DNA of 64,000 nt, taken from contig CBDANF010000002.1 in the NCBI GenBank assembly GCA_965197475.1, positions 1,216,001-1,280,000 of the forward strand. Direction: 5' to 3'. Position 1 is the stretch's first letter, and every line of letters begins with the position of its first letter. The notes under the pieces are model-generated. The model did no database searches, was not told the DNA's origin, and worked only from the letters and a program-made list of their open reading frames with translations. The DNA comes from Candidatus Poribacteria bacterium (GTDB lineage Bacteria > Poribacteria > WGA-4E > WGA-3G). A program made the position numbers and the translations under genes. Of the stretch, positions 30,177 through 39,840 are shown one piece after another.

Positions 30177-30479
30177 ATGGAAAGTATAACAAGTATGCTT
30201 TTTATGATTGTCCCTTTGGGACTTATCATGTATTTTCTAATGATTAGACCTGAACAAACGAGACGAAAAAAACATCAGGCTATGCTTGAGAATTTGTCAA
30301 AAGGTGATCAAATCGTAACAAATGGCGGATTACACGGCAAAATTCTCGGTCTCAGTAATGATAAAAAGATCATTATCCTCTCCGTTGGGGAGATGAATAA
30401 TCAGGAAGTAAAGGTTCAAATTTCGTTGAGTGCTGTTGCTTTTCTCAAAAAGGGTGGTGAACTTATTGAAGGGGAGTAG
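30177..30479 (+). CDS. yajC: Preprotein translocase subunit YajC
   Basis: YFLMIRPEQ..KKHQ, L.KGDQIVTNGGLHG. Confidence 0.92.
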   Translation: MESITSMLFMIVPLGLIMYFLMIRPEQTRRKKHQAMLENLSKGDQIVTNGGLHGKILGLSNDKKIIILSVGEMNNQEVKVQISLSAVAFLKKGGELIEGE

Positions 30480-31107
30480 CGTGTGTTATCAATAGTTGGT
30501 AGCACACACCTGCATAAGTCATCAAGCGCGCGCGGGTTTTTTCTGGCACCACAAGTAGATCATTGTTGTGTAGAACGATTCGCGCTGTTTTCTTAGTGGA
30601 GGCAATCAGTTGTACCGTTGCATATCCGCTTTCGTTTTGGAATCGATAGAAACAGGCTGCTTCTCCAACCCATTCAATTGAAGTGTCGTTTTCTATGATG
30701 TGCAGTTGATAATCTGCTTCAGTTTTTACCTCTCCTACATCTAAAATCGCAGCTGCTGTATCCAAATGTGATGGTGTTTTACAAATTGCTATTTCAACCC
30801 TATCCGTGTTCGTAATAACTTCATAAGTTGTATGGTGCGGAATATACGCAACGCATGCGTCACCATCAAAAACATCTGAGCGTTCACCTAAAATCCCATT
30901 CGCCTTGTTTCCGTTATGACCTACCAATAAGGTACATTGTCCACCTAATGCAATCAGGACAACTTCGCAATCATCGGAATGATCGAAAAATGTTGAATTG
31001 GGAGCAAGGTTGAGGACACCGAAATGTAGATTTGTAATGCTCAACTCTCCAGGGTTTAAAAGGTGAGCGTATCCCTCGGTTGTAGTATAGTGTCTAACTG
31101 TTCGCAT
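30463..31107 (-). CDS. IolB/KduI-like cupin protein (shortened)
   Basis: N-half resembles 5-deoxy-glucuronate isomerase (EVVLIALGG, GERSDVFDG, AYIP). The His-rich catalytic segment is not seen. Confidence 0.55.
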   Translation of the reverse strand: MRTVRHYTTTEGYAHLLNPGELSITNLHFGVLNLAPNSTFFDHSDDCEVVLIALGGQCTLLVGHNGNKANGILGERSDVFDGDACVAYIPHHTTYEVITNTDRVEIAICKTPSHLDTAAAILDVGEVKTEADYQLHIIENDTSIEWVGEAACFYRFQNESGYATVQLIASTKKTARIVLHNNDLLVVPEKTRARLMTYAGVCYQLLITHATPLQ

Positions 31108-31691
31108 CAGGTTATAATTTCTGCTAATTGTTCAACAAGACTTGCCAATGGAAGTCCAACAACGTTAAAATAACAACCTTCAATCCGATTTACAAAAGCT
31201 GCGCCACGTCCTTGTATACCATACGCCCCAGCTTTATCTGTTGCTTCTCCGCTATTAATATAGTTCACTATATCTTCCAAGCAAAGTTCCCGAAAATATA
31301 CCTTGGTTACTTCTGACCAAGTTATCTCTTTTCTCTGTTTTACATCAATTAAGGATACGCCAGTTACGACATTGTGGGATCTGCCACTAAGTTGTGTTAA
31401 CATCTGCTGGGCATGTGCATCATCCATCGGTTTACCAAGGAGTTCATCCTCAAACGAAACCAACGTGTCCGCGCCAATAACAACCCCCTCGGTATGCCGC
31501 TCAGCTACAGTACTTGCTTTCAACGAAGCAAGTTTTTGCGTCACTACCTCGGGGAGTATATTCTTGTCTGGTGCAGGTTCTTGAATCTCACTGGGATAAA
31601 TCTCAAAGGTCAATCCGATTTGAGATAAGAGATCAGCACGGCGTGGAGATGCCGAAGCCAAGATGAGTCTCGGGATTTTCACGATAGGCAT
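31107..31691 (-). CDS. maf: Maf/YhdE nucleoside triphosphate pyrophosphatase
   Basis: LILASASPRR, IGADTLV, GKP, DKAGAYGIQG, NVVGLP. Confidence 0.93.
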   Translation of the reverse strand: MPIVKIPRLILASASPRRADLLSQIGLTFEIYPSEIQEPAPDKNILPEVVTQKLASLKASTVAERHTEGVVIGADTLVSFEDELLGKPMDDAHAQQMLTQLSGRSHNVVTGVSLIDVKQRKEITWSEVTKVYFRELCLEDIVNYINSGEATDKAGAYGIQGRGAAFVNRIEGCYFNVVGLPLASLVEQLAEIIT

Positions 31692-31698
31692 GGTACTG

Positions 31699-31974
31699 TT
31701 ATTTCAGGCAATACCACTGGTCACTGTTTCTATTCTGAATTTGCAATAATTCGGCATCTAATAATTCGGTGATACCGTTGTCAATTTCTGTTTTGGAAAA
31801 CCCGGCTTTTTCGAGAAGTGCATCACGATTTGGCGTGCGAAACCACTCCGGTTTATCAATGGAATCAGATTTACCCCGAAAAACCTCAAGAGCACTATAT
31901 AGACGTAGAGTCTTTGCAGAAAGTCCAACGAGCGGGTTTAAGCCCGTGTAAAATCCAAGCGATTGTTTTTGCAC
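31699..31974 (-). CDS. Hypothetical protein (possible winged-helix)
   Basis: GTG start with GAGG RBS. Co-oriented with maf. Confidence 0.6.
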   Translation of the reverse strand: MQKQSLGFYTGLNPLVGLSAKTLRLYSALEVFRGKSDSIDKPEWFRTPNRDALLEKAGFSKTEIDNGITELLDAELLQIQNRNSDQWYCLK

Positions 31975-32199
31975 TTTTTATTCCTCAATAACTATATATT
32001 TTTCTCTCAACGGTATTAACGCCTCCATAAAATAATCAGTTACAATAATTTAAGATATCAAAGGGAAACCTGCTGATAAACAGAAAAGTGGCAATTAGTA
32101 ATAAAAACTAAACCTAATTTTTCCTAATTTCCTCTATTTTCTGCTTAACCGTTTTACAAGTAAAGTGTTTCTCAAGCAAAACTTCACACTTAAAAAACC

Positions 32200-32991
32200 T
32201 TAATAACCCAATTCCCGTAAATACTCGCGGTTAACGGTCATTCGCTCTTCATCCGAACGGTCTTCAACCATACCGGGACAAGCAGTAATCCATCGATCAT
32301 AGCCAAGTTCTTCCAAAGTAGACATAATTCCGGGAAAATCCATCGCAGTACCACCACCTACATCCACCCAATCCACATTATACGAACTGTCATCGCCACC
32401 TGTAAACCCAGAATAATCCTGAAGATGTACGTAAATAAGCACATCCTTATATCGACGAATAGACTCAATAGGATCAAATCCCCATAGTGCGGAATGCGAT
32501 ACATCAATGCACAGTTTACACTTTCGGAGTAGGCTCATATATTTTGCCCAATCCTCAATAGAATCTACTGTTGTATTGGTATGAATATGATAACAGACAT
32601 CTAATCCGTATCGTGATGCGTATTCTGCCCACTCTTCGGAAACATCAGCAAGCTTAGCGAGATCAGAGTTGTCTACTGGTCGGTCACTCGGTTTTCCTGT
32701 CCCCATGAACATGAAACAATCCGCCCCCACCTCTGCTGCGAAATCGATTCTTCGCTTATTGAGTTCCATCTGTTCATAATTTTTGTCGATCGGCAACCCA
32801 CGTGCTGTAACAGCAGCAATAGGTAGGTCAACATTCTCACACATCCGCCGAATACGTCGCGGTGTGCCTGCCCATTCTAAGGATTGCCGCATTTCCCAAC
32901 CATCCCAACCGGCATCCTTGAGTTGTGTTAACAGTTTCTCAAAATCTGGCTGTTGCCAGCGTAACGTGCTATATCCAAATTTAAAACCCAT
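32200..32991 (-). CDS. Sugar phosphate isomerase/epimerase (TIM barrel, IolE-like)
   Basis: AGWDGWE, CYHIH, IDVSH, YVHLQD, LGYDRWI. Confidence 0.8.
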   Translation of the reverse strand: MGFKFGYSTLRWQQPDFEKLLTQLKDAGWDGWEMRQSLEWAGTPRRIRRMCENVDLPIAAVTARGLPIDKNYEQMELNKRRIDFAAEVGADCFMFMGTGKPSDRPVDNSDLAKLADVSEEWAEYASRYGLDVCYHIHTNTTVDSIEDWAKYMSLLRKCKLCIDVSHSALWGFDPIESIRRYKDVLIYVHLQDYSGFTGGDDSSYNVDWVDVGGGTAMDFPGIMSTLEELGYDRWITACPGMVEDRSDEERMTVNREYLRELGY

Positions 32992-33144
32992 CTTTTTTCT
33001 CCTCTTGGGTGTTCTTCTTTAACCAGAAACATTCAAGTATAAATTATAACAGATTTTCATATTGCTTGCAATAAATGTTCATATTTGCTAAACTATTAAA
33101 AACTTCACGGATTTTCCGTTACGACCTATTTTTAAGGAGAAAGT

Positions 33145-34110
33145 ATGGACAAAGTTAAACTCGGTTTTATCGGTACAGGTGGTATGGCAGGCGCACACAT
33201 GCGCAACCTGAAAGATAATTTTGAGGATGTTGAATTCTGTGCGATGTGTGATATTTCTGAAGATCGTGCAAAAGGGCGCGCCGAAGAGTTTGGCGGTAAC
33301 GCTTACACCGATTTTCGTGTTATGTACGATAAAGAGGATTTGGACGCTGTTTATATATGCACACCTCCGTTTGCGCACGGTGAACAGGAACGGATCGTTT
33401 GTGAAAAAGGCATCGCGATGTTTATTGAGAAGCCGATCCATTCTGAATTGGAACCGGCTATCATTATCAATGATTACATTAAAGAAACAGGCACCATTAC
33501 AAGTGTTGGTTACCATTGGCGTTACGGTGGGAATGCTCAGAACGCGAAAAAGATGCTTGAAGAACAACCACAAATTCTTGGGGCACTCGGCTATTGGATG
33601 GGCGGTATGCCCGGAACACCGTGGTGGCGTGTGCGTGCACAATCTGGTGGACAGCACGTCGAACAGACGACTCATATTTTTGATCTTTGCCGTTTTCTCG
33701 TTGGCAGCGACGGTAAAACCGTCCACGGTGTAGCAAATAGCGGTAGCATGACACATATTGAAAACTATGATGTTGACGACATCAGCATGGTAAACATTGA
33801 ATTTGAGAACGGTGCTGTTGCGAATATCGTTTCTGCATGTGCGTTAGAAGGTTTTCGTCGTGTGCACCTTGAGGTATTCACACGTGGACTCGTTGTCACC
33901 GTTGGTGGACCTAACAACGCGAACCGCAAAGGTGAAACTGAACCGCTTTCAGGTACTGGTGGCAAAGATCGTGACCGTGTCTTTATTGACGCTGTCAAGA
34001 GTGGTGACGACTCAAAAATACTATCACCCTACAGCGACGCATTGCAGACACTTCGTATCATGCTTGCTGCAAGCAAATCGTTCGAAACTGGTAAGGCAGT
34101 TGACCTATAA
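33145..34110 (+). CDS. Gfo/Idh/MocA family oxidoreductase
   Basis: LGFIGTGG, YICTPPFAH, FIEKP, SGGQHVEQTTH. Confidence 0.9.
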   Translation: MDKVKLGFIGTGGMAGAHMRNLKDNFEDVEFCAMCDISEDRAKGRAEEFGGNAYTDFRVMYDKEDLDAVYICTPPFAHGEQERIVCEKGIAMFIEKPIHSELEPAIIINDYIKETGTITSVGYHWRYGGNAQNAKKMLEEQPQILGALGYWMGGMPGTPWWRVRAQSGGQHVEQTTHIFDLCRFLVGSDGKTVHGVANSGSMTHIENYDVDDISMVNIEFENGAVANIVSACALEGFRRVHLEVFTRGLVVTVGGPNNANRKGETEPLSGTGGKDRDRVFIDAVKSGDDSKILSPYSDALQTLRIMLAASKSFETGKAVDL

Positions 34111-34116
34111 AACATA

Positions 34117-34138
34117 GTAGGCACGCATTGCGTGCCTA
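34117..34138 (+). repeat. GTAG REP-like palindrome
   Basis: GTAGGCACGCATTGCGTGCCTA. Confidence 0.65.
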
Positions 34139-34175
34139 ATCACATAAAAAATTTTATACAAAGTGAGAAAGAATT

Positions 34176-34931
34176 ATGCCAATTAATCAATCCATCTGTT
34201 TTGGTGGTTTCCGGCGTGACAGAGAGCCGGAAGATGTTATTAAAAAAGCCGCTGAAATCGGTTACAAATCTGTTGAGATGCTATCTGCAGATCTCTGGCC
34301 TGTTGTTCAAGACAATGGGATGCGGGTTGCAATCATCGTTGGACATTCATCCCTTCCGTCTGGTTTGAATGATCCGAGCAATCATGATCGGATAGAGGAT
34401 GAGCTGCTCAAGAATATTAATATCGCTGCAGAAAACGACATCCCCGGTCTTATCTGCTTTTCTGGCAACCGAGAAGGCAGGTCTGATGAGGAAGGTCGTG
34501 ATAACACAATAGCGGGTTTGTCGCGTGTGACGAAGGCTGCTGAGGAGAAGGGTGTTAACCTTTGTGTTGAACTGCTCAACAGCAAAGTTAACCACCCCGA
34601 TTATCAGTGCGATAAGACTGAGTGGGGTGTTGAAGTATGCAAAGGCGTCGGTTCTCCGCGGGCACTGCTACTCAACGACATCTACCACATGCAGATTATG
34701 GAAGGCGATCTCATCCGCAACATCACGGACTACAGCGAATATATTGGGCATTACCATACTGCAGGGAACCCTGGGCGTCGCGACCTTGATGACGATCAGG
34801 AAATTTACTATCCGGCTGTGATGCGCGCTATCGCAAAAACGGGGTATGACCTCTATGTAGGACATGAGTTTAGTCCTAAAGGTGATCCGTTTGATGCAAT
34901 GCAGCACGCTTATGATGTGTGTAATGTTTAG
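34176..34931 (+). CDS. Hydroxypyruvate isomerase family protein
   Basis: ICFSGNR, ELLNSKVNHPDY, DIYHMQIMEGD, HYHTAGNPGR. Confidence 0.88.
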   Translation: MPINQSICFGGFRRDREPEDVIKKAAEIGYKSVEMLSADLWPVVQDNGMRVAIIVGHSSLPSGLNDPSNHDRIEDELLKNINIAAENDIPGLICFSGNREGRSDEEGRDNTIAGLSRVTKAAEEKGVNLCVELLNSKVNHPDYQCDKTEWGVEVCKGVGSPRALLLNDIYHMQIMEGDLIRNITDYSEYIGHYHTAGNPGRRDLDDDQEIYYPAVMRAIAKTGYDLYVGHEFSPKGDPFDAMQHAYDVCNV

Positions 34932-34988
34932 GCTACTTTGAGATTTATAGGGCGGGCCTTGTGTCCGCCCATTCTAATTATATCTATC

Positions 34989-37403
34989 ATGACACCCGAA
35001 GCTGAAGCACGTCAAACCATAGATAGCATGCTGGAAGCGTCTGGATGGCAGATTCAAAATTTTGCTGAACGTGCAACAGATGCTTCGCTTGGTGTAGCAG
35101 TCCGAGAATTTCAGTTGCAAGACGATCAGAGTGCGGATTACCTTCTTTTTGTCAATGAGGTTGCAGTTGGCATCATAGAAGCAAAAAAAGAAGGCATGAC
35201 TCTTGGTGGTGCACTCCAACAAGCAGAACGGTACCGCGCCAGTTTCCCGGACACCTTGACAACATTGCAGGGGTGTCCTTTTTTATACGCATCTACAGGC
35301 ATTGAGACCTATTTTCAGGATAAGCGCGACCCGAACTCCCGTTCCCGCCCAGTGTTTACCTTCCATACACCAGATGCGCTCAGAGATACACTTGATCCCA
35401 GGACCCTTCGTCGAAGACTTAAAGATGATTTGCCTGATTTAGAAAAAGGCATTCTCTGGGACTGCCAGTTTGAAGCGATCACCGAACTTGAAAAATCTTT
35501 GGCAGATGCTAATCAACGTGCTTTAATTCAGATGGCGACAGGTAGTGGAAAAACTTATGTCGCAGTAAGCAGCATGTACCGACTCATCAAATTTGCTAAC
35601 GTCAAACGTGTTCTTTTTCTGGTAGACCGCAACAATCTCGGCAAACAAGCACTGCGTGAGTTTCAGTCCTACATGACTCCTGATGATGGCAGGAGGTTTA
35701 CTGACCTCTATAACGTTCAGCACCTCTCCAGCAACGTTATTGACGAAGCAAGTGCTGTCTGTATTACCACTATCCAACGTCTCTATTCCATGCTAACAGG
35801 TAAATCGGACTTTGAAACGGACGAAGAGGAAAGTTCCATATTTGAACGGGAAACAGAGAACACAGCACCACAAAAAGTTATCTATAACCAAAATATTCCT
35901 ATTGATACGTTTGACCTTATCATTGTTGATGAATGCCACCGCTCTATTTACGGCAAATGGCGGCACGTATTAGAATATTTTGACGCGTTCATTCTCGGGC
36001 TAACCGCTACGCCGTATACACAGACGCTCAATTTTTTTAAGCGTAATCTTGTTTATGAATACCGCCACGAGCAAGCCGTTGAAGACGATGTAAATGTCGG
36101 TTATTACGTCTATCGGATTAAGACCGACATCACAGAAAGCGGCAGCACGGTTGCGGAAGGAAGTTATGTTGCAAGACGAGATAGAGAAACTCGGAGGCTT
36201 AACTGGGAGGAGTTGGCGGAAGATGAAGAATATACAAGAAATCAGTTAGATCGGGATGTTGTGGCAGAAGACCAGATTCGTACAGTTATTCAGGCTTTCA
36301 AAGATAGCCTCTTTACAGAACTCTTTCGCAGTAGGCAAACAGTACCCAAAACACTTATCTTTGCGAAAGATGATTCCCACGCCGAGGATATTGTCCAAAT
36401 TGTCCGGAATGTATTTGCCAAAGGCGATGATTTCTGCCAGAAAATTACCTACAGAAGTGATAAATCGGAGGAACTCATCGCGAGATTCCGTACAGATCCG
36501 ACTTTCCGAATTGCCGTAAGCGTTGATATGATCTCTACCGGCACCGATATAAAGCCGCTTGAGTGTCTTCTCTTTATGCGTGCTGTCCGGTCAAGCGGAT
36601 ATTTTGAGCAGATGATAGGGCGTGGCGTGCGTACTATTAATAGAGATGACCTGCGAGCCGTAACCGGCGATGCTGATGAAAAAACCCACTTCATTATCGT
36701 TGATGCTGTCGGTGTGTGTGAATCCATCAAAACTGATTCGCAATCACGCCCAGGCGAACCATCTACGACTGAGCCAAACGGACCGCCAGAAAGAGACCTC
36801 AACCAACTACTTGATAATGTAAGCGTAGACCGAATTATTGAAACTGGTTTTGCGGATCAAAGTTTTACACAGTCAACGACGGTTATTCACGCCTTTAAAC
36901 AGTTTATTAATCAAAACGTGGGTGAATTGTTAGCGTTGCAAATTCTTTGTAGGGTGCCGGAAGTACAAGGCACGCTGACTGAAGACAACTTAAAGGAGTT
37001 GGAGCATGCTTTACAACAGCATTCAAACAGTCTAAGTCGCGAGTCATTATGGTTTGCTTACGAAAGGGTATTCCCAACAAAAGTTCTCGGAAATACGGAA
37101 CAGCGTACAGACATCATATCCCTGGTCCGATTCGTTATGGGGTATAATCTATATCTGGAACCTTTTAGCGCAACCGTCAAAAGACGATATGAGGGATGGA
37201 TAACCGACAAAGACTTCACACCGGAACAACGTGAATGGCTTGAATGGATACAGGAACATATTGCCACCTCGCTTGATTTTCAGATAGAGGATTTTGGACT
37301 TACTCCCTTCGCGACACAGGGAGGTATTGCGAGAGCTTTTCATCTTTTTGGAGATGAGTTAGACGATATACTAACGGATCTCACACAGAAATTGGTTTCC
37401 TAA
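34989..37403 (+). CDS. hsdR: Type I restriction enzyme R subunit (EcoEI/EcoAI-like)
   Basis: MTPEAEAR, ADY...IIEAKK nuclease motif, MATGSGKT, DECHRS, LTATP, QMIGRGVR, EcoEI-type C-terminus. Confidence 0.92.
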   Translation: MTPEAEARQTIDSMLEASGWQIQNFAERATDASLGVAVREFQLQDDQSADYLLFVNEVAVGIIEAKKEGMTLGGALQQAERYRASFPDTLTTLQGCPFLYASTGIETYFQDKRDPNSRSRPVFTFHTPDALRDTLDPRTLRRRLKDDLPDLEKGILWDCQFEAITELEKSLADANQRALIQMATGSGKTYVAVSSMYRLIKFANVKRVLFLVDRNNLGKQALREFQSYMTPDDGRRFTDLYNVQHLSSNVIDEASAVCITTIQRLYSMLTGKSDFETDEEESSIFERETENTAPQKVIYNQNIPIDTFDLIIVDECHRSIYGKWRHVLEYFDAFILGLTATPYTQTLNFFKRNLVYEYRHEQAVEDDVNVGYYVYRIKTDITESGSTVAEGSYVARRDRETRRLNWEELAEDEEYTRNQLDRDVVAEDQIRTVIQAFKDSLFTELFRSRQTVPKTLIFAKDDSHAEDIVQIVRNVFAKGDDFCQKITYRSDKSEELIARFRTDPTFRIAVSVDMISTGTDIKPLECLLFMRAVRSSGYFEQMIGRGVRTINRDDLRAVTGDADEKTHFIIVDAVGVCESIKTDSQSRPGEPSTTEPNGPPERDLNQLLDNVSVDRIIETGFADQSFTQSTTVIHAFKQFINQNVGELLALQILCRVPEVQGTLTEDNLKELEHALQQHSNSLSRESLWFAYERVFPTKVLGNTEQRTDIISLVRFVMGYNLYLEPFSATVKRRYEGWITDKDFTPEQREWLEWIQEHIATSLDFQIEDFGLTPFATQGGIARAFHLFGDELDDILTDLTQKLVS

Positions 37404-37454
37404 TTTCATCTCTTGTAGGAGCGACCTCTGGTCGCGATTGCCTGTCCAAAACGC

Positions 37455-37483
37455 TTGCATCTGCATGCAGTTTGTGCTAAAAT
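37455..37483 (+). promoter_or_regulatory. Sigma70-type promoter
   Basis: TTGCAT-17 bp-TAAAAT with extended TG. Confidence 0.55.
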
Positions 37484-37541
37484 TAGACTGTACAGTGTAT
37501 GTTTTACCGCAATTTTGAAAACACACCGAAGGAAACTAAAA

Positions 37542-38936
37542 ATGCCAAACCCAAAAGATGTTTTTGATTATCCTTTAGAGTATCTTGATTTTTTACAATC
37601 CGACAAATTTGAAAGGCAGAAATTTGACTGGAAAGAAGTTAGAACTGATAACAACAGTCAAATCAAAACACTGAAAGACAAGATCAAACAGTGCATCTCT
37701 GCCTTCGCGAATCGCAACAGAGAAGGTGGACTTTTGGTCCTTGGTATCGCTGATGATGGAACCATTAAAGGCACACAGCATGTTGACGAACAAACGATGA
37801 ATAGTATCCTACAAGTCACACTGGATTTACGTAACCACGCAACACAAGTGCAAGACGTGGAATTACCTAATTCGGATGGAAAACGAATACATCTACTTTA
37901 TACCCCGTGGACATCAAATGCAATTTGTGAAACAGTAGGTAATTTTCCTGAAGCATGGAAAAGAGTTGGGGCACAATGTCTTGCACTAACTGAACAAGAT
38001 AGAGACCAGCTTAAACGGGAAAAAAAGATAGTTGATTTTGAAGCTTCCTATTGCTGTCCTTATGATCCCGATGAACTTGACATAAAGGTGGTAGAGGAGT
38101 TTAAAAAGGTTTATCTTGAAGAGAGAGACGCGCAGTACGATTATACAACTGAAGAAGTTTTGTACAATATAGGCGCGCTAATGAAAGAGAATGACAAATA
38201 TGCATTTACCAATGCAGGTTTTCTATTTTTTGCCTCAAATCCCCGTAGGCTTTTTGCAAGTGCGTACGTAAGAGTTCTACGTTTTGAGGTAAACGTTGAA
38301 GAGTCCCGTACCCGTGGCGTGACAACTTTTGATAAACGTTTTGATGGACCTCTCCCCAACATGATCCGTAAACTACAAACCTTTTTCAAAGATTCCGCTC
38401 TTTTTAGAACTATCATAAGACGTAGCTCTCACGGAGGATTCATGGAAGATCCTGAATATCCGCTCTTTGTCGTGGACGAAGCACTCATAAACGCCGCAAT
38501 CCATAGGGACTACGGTGCCACTACAGCGATTCACTGCATTGCGTATCGAAATGGTTTGGTTGTGGAAAATCCGGGCGGCATCCCTCAAGAAGTTCCACAG
38601 CACTTCAGCCTTGCAGATACAGTGCTTAGTTCCGTACTGCGAAATCAGAAGATTGTTGAGTGGATGCGCTTTATGAAAGATGAACGCGGTGAACCGCTGG
38701 TACGTGCTTTAAGTGAAGGCACAAGAAAAATGCGTCAAGAAATGGAAAACCTCGGTCTACCGGCACCAGATTATGAAACGGCTCAACGTACCACCGTCAC
38801 ACTCTATAACCGTTTTGACGAGCGATTGGCACCACACGCATCTTATGCCACCAAATCCAAACCCGATATTCCACCTGAACAGGGCGGACTGAAAAAGACA
38901 CTACGTTCAATCGGAGAACGACTCACTAAAATCTAA
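37542..38936 (+). CDS. Schlafen/AlbA_2 domain plus RecG-C-terminal (HATPase-like) protein
   Basis: ERQKFDWK, ISAFANRNREGGLLVLGIADDG, YP..VVDEALINAAIHRDY, VENPGG, RNQKI. Confidence 0.8.
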   Translation: MPNPKDVFDYPLEYLDFLQSDKFERQKFDWKEVRTDNNSQIKTLKDKIKQCISAFANRNREGGLLVLGIADDGTIKGTQHVDEQTMNSILQVTLDLRNHATQVQDVELPNSDGKRIHLLYTPWTSNAICETVGNFPEAWKRVGAQCLALTEQDRDQLKREKKIVDFEASYCCPYDPDELDIKVVEEFKKVYLEERDAQYDYTTEEVLYNIGALMKENDKYAFTNAGFLFFASNPRRLFASAYVRVLRFEVNVEESRTRGVTTFDKRFDGPLPNMIRKLQTFFKDSALFRTIIRRSSHGGFMEDPEYPLFVVDEALINAAIHRDYGATTAIHCIAYRNGLVVENPGGIPQEVPQHFSLADTVLSSVLRNQKIVEWMRFMKDERGEPLVRALSEGTRKMRQEMENLGLPAPDYETAQRTTVTLYNRFDERLAPHASYATKSKPDIPPEQGGLKKTLRSIGERLTKI

Positions 38937-38960
38937 TAAAAGGTAACAAAATAAGGCAGG

Positions 38961-38989
38961 TTGATATTTTTACAAAAATATGGTAGAAT
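38961..38989 (+). promoter_or_regulatory. Sigma70-type promoter of the Kiwa-like pair
   Basis: TTGATA-17 bp-TAGAAT with extended TG. Confidence 0.55.
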
Positions 38990-39112
38990 TACAAAAAGTA
39001 AATAAAGAGATAATTAAAGCAATTAGTGTGTTTAATAAGCAATTAACAATATTTACATTTGATTTAACTCTATGTTTCATTTATAATAATGTTACTATAT
39101 TTAAATCCGGTT

Positions 39113-39234
39113 CAGGACTTACGCAATAGGTTCAAAAGTCCACCTGATAAGGGGGATTTAGGGGGTTAAAATACCGAAATAATGACTTTTTAAGTCCAAT
39201 ATTTCTTTTTTCTGCTCAATTTGCGTAAGTCCTG
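39113..39234. mobile_element. 122-bp MITE
   Basis: Perfect 14-bp TIR CAGGACTTACGCAA/TTGCGTAAGTCCTG and 5-bp TSD CGGTT on both sides. Confidence 0.85.
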
Positions 39235-39254
39235 CGGTTATTAGGAGAAGTCAA

Positions 39255-39839
39255 ATGTTAACAGGTTTTGCAAGATTTATTTTAGTTGCGAGTTCATTTT
39301 GTCCTGTATTTATTATTTTTGGTGTAATTGATTATCTCAATATAAATAATACAAGTACCGTTGTAACCCAAAATATAAATAATACAAGTACCGTTGTAAC
39401 CCCCAAAAATTTTACAGTTCCGATTATATGCTTTGCAATAGCAATTCTGCTCTTTGTATCGTGTCTAATTATATTAAGACAAGCAAAAAAAGGTATTAGT
39501 GCTCCAACATTTAAAATCACAAAGTTTTCGCGTAGAGATACAGGAATGCTCAGTTTTGTTTTTGTATACCTTTTTCCACTTATTAGGATGTCTCCTTCTT
39601 TGTCTATAGCACAATATATAATGCACGCTGTTGTGTATTTCATAATTATAGTTATTATGGTTGATGTCGGGACTTACCAGTATAACCCTGTAATAAGGTT
39701 TTTTTGTGGATACAGGTTTTATATGGTAGTTGATTGTGATGGCTTAGATCGTTTATTGCTTTCAAAAAGAAAACTTACAATTACTGATTATACAATTTCG
39801 GCCAAACAAATTATTGACGATGTGTATATAGAGTGCTAA
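39255..39839 (+). CDS. Kiwa KwaA-like transmembrane protein
   Basis: Four TM segments, LSFVFVYLFPL and YNPVIRFFCGYRFY motifs, AT-rich, coupled to the next gene. Confidence 0.65.
   Translation: MLTGFARFILVASSFCPVFIIFGVIDYLNINNTSTVVTQNINNTSTVVTPKNFTVPIICFAIAILLFVSCLIILRQAKKGISAPTFKITKFSRRDTGMLSFVFVYLFPLIRMSPSLSIAQYIMHAVVYFIIIVIMVDVGTYQYNPVIRFFCGYRFYMVVDCDGLDRLLLSKRKLTITDYTISAKQIIDDVYIEC
39339..39402 (+). repeat. 33-bp-period tandem duplication inside kwaA-like gene
   Basis: AATATAAATAATACAAGTACCGTTGTAACCC twice, giving NINNTSTVVT x2. Confidence 0.9.
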
Positions 39840-39840
39840 G

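Noticed and set aside
33088-33756. Long overlapping ORFs (222 aa minus strand, 170 aa plus strand)
   Set aside because: Shadow frames of the Gfo/Idh/MocA gene. The same applies to most short track ORFs overlapping called genes.
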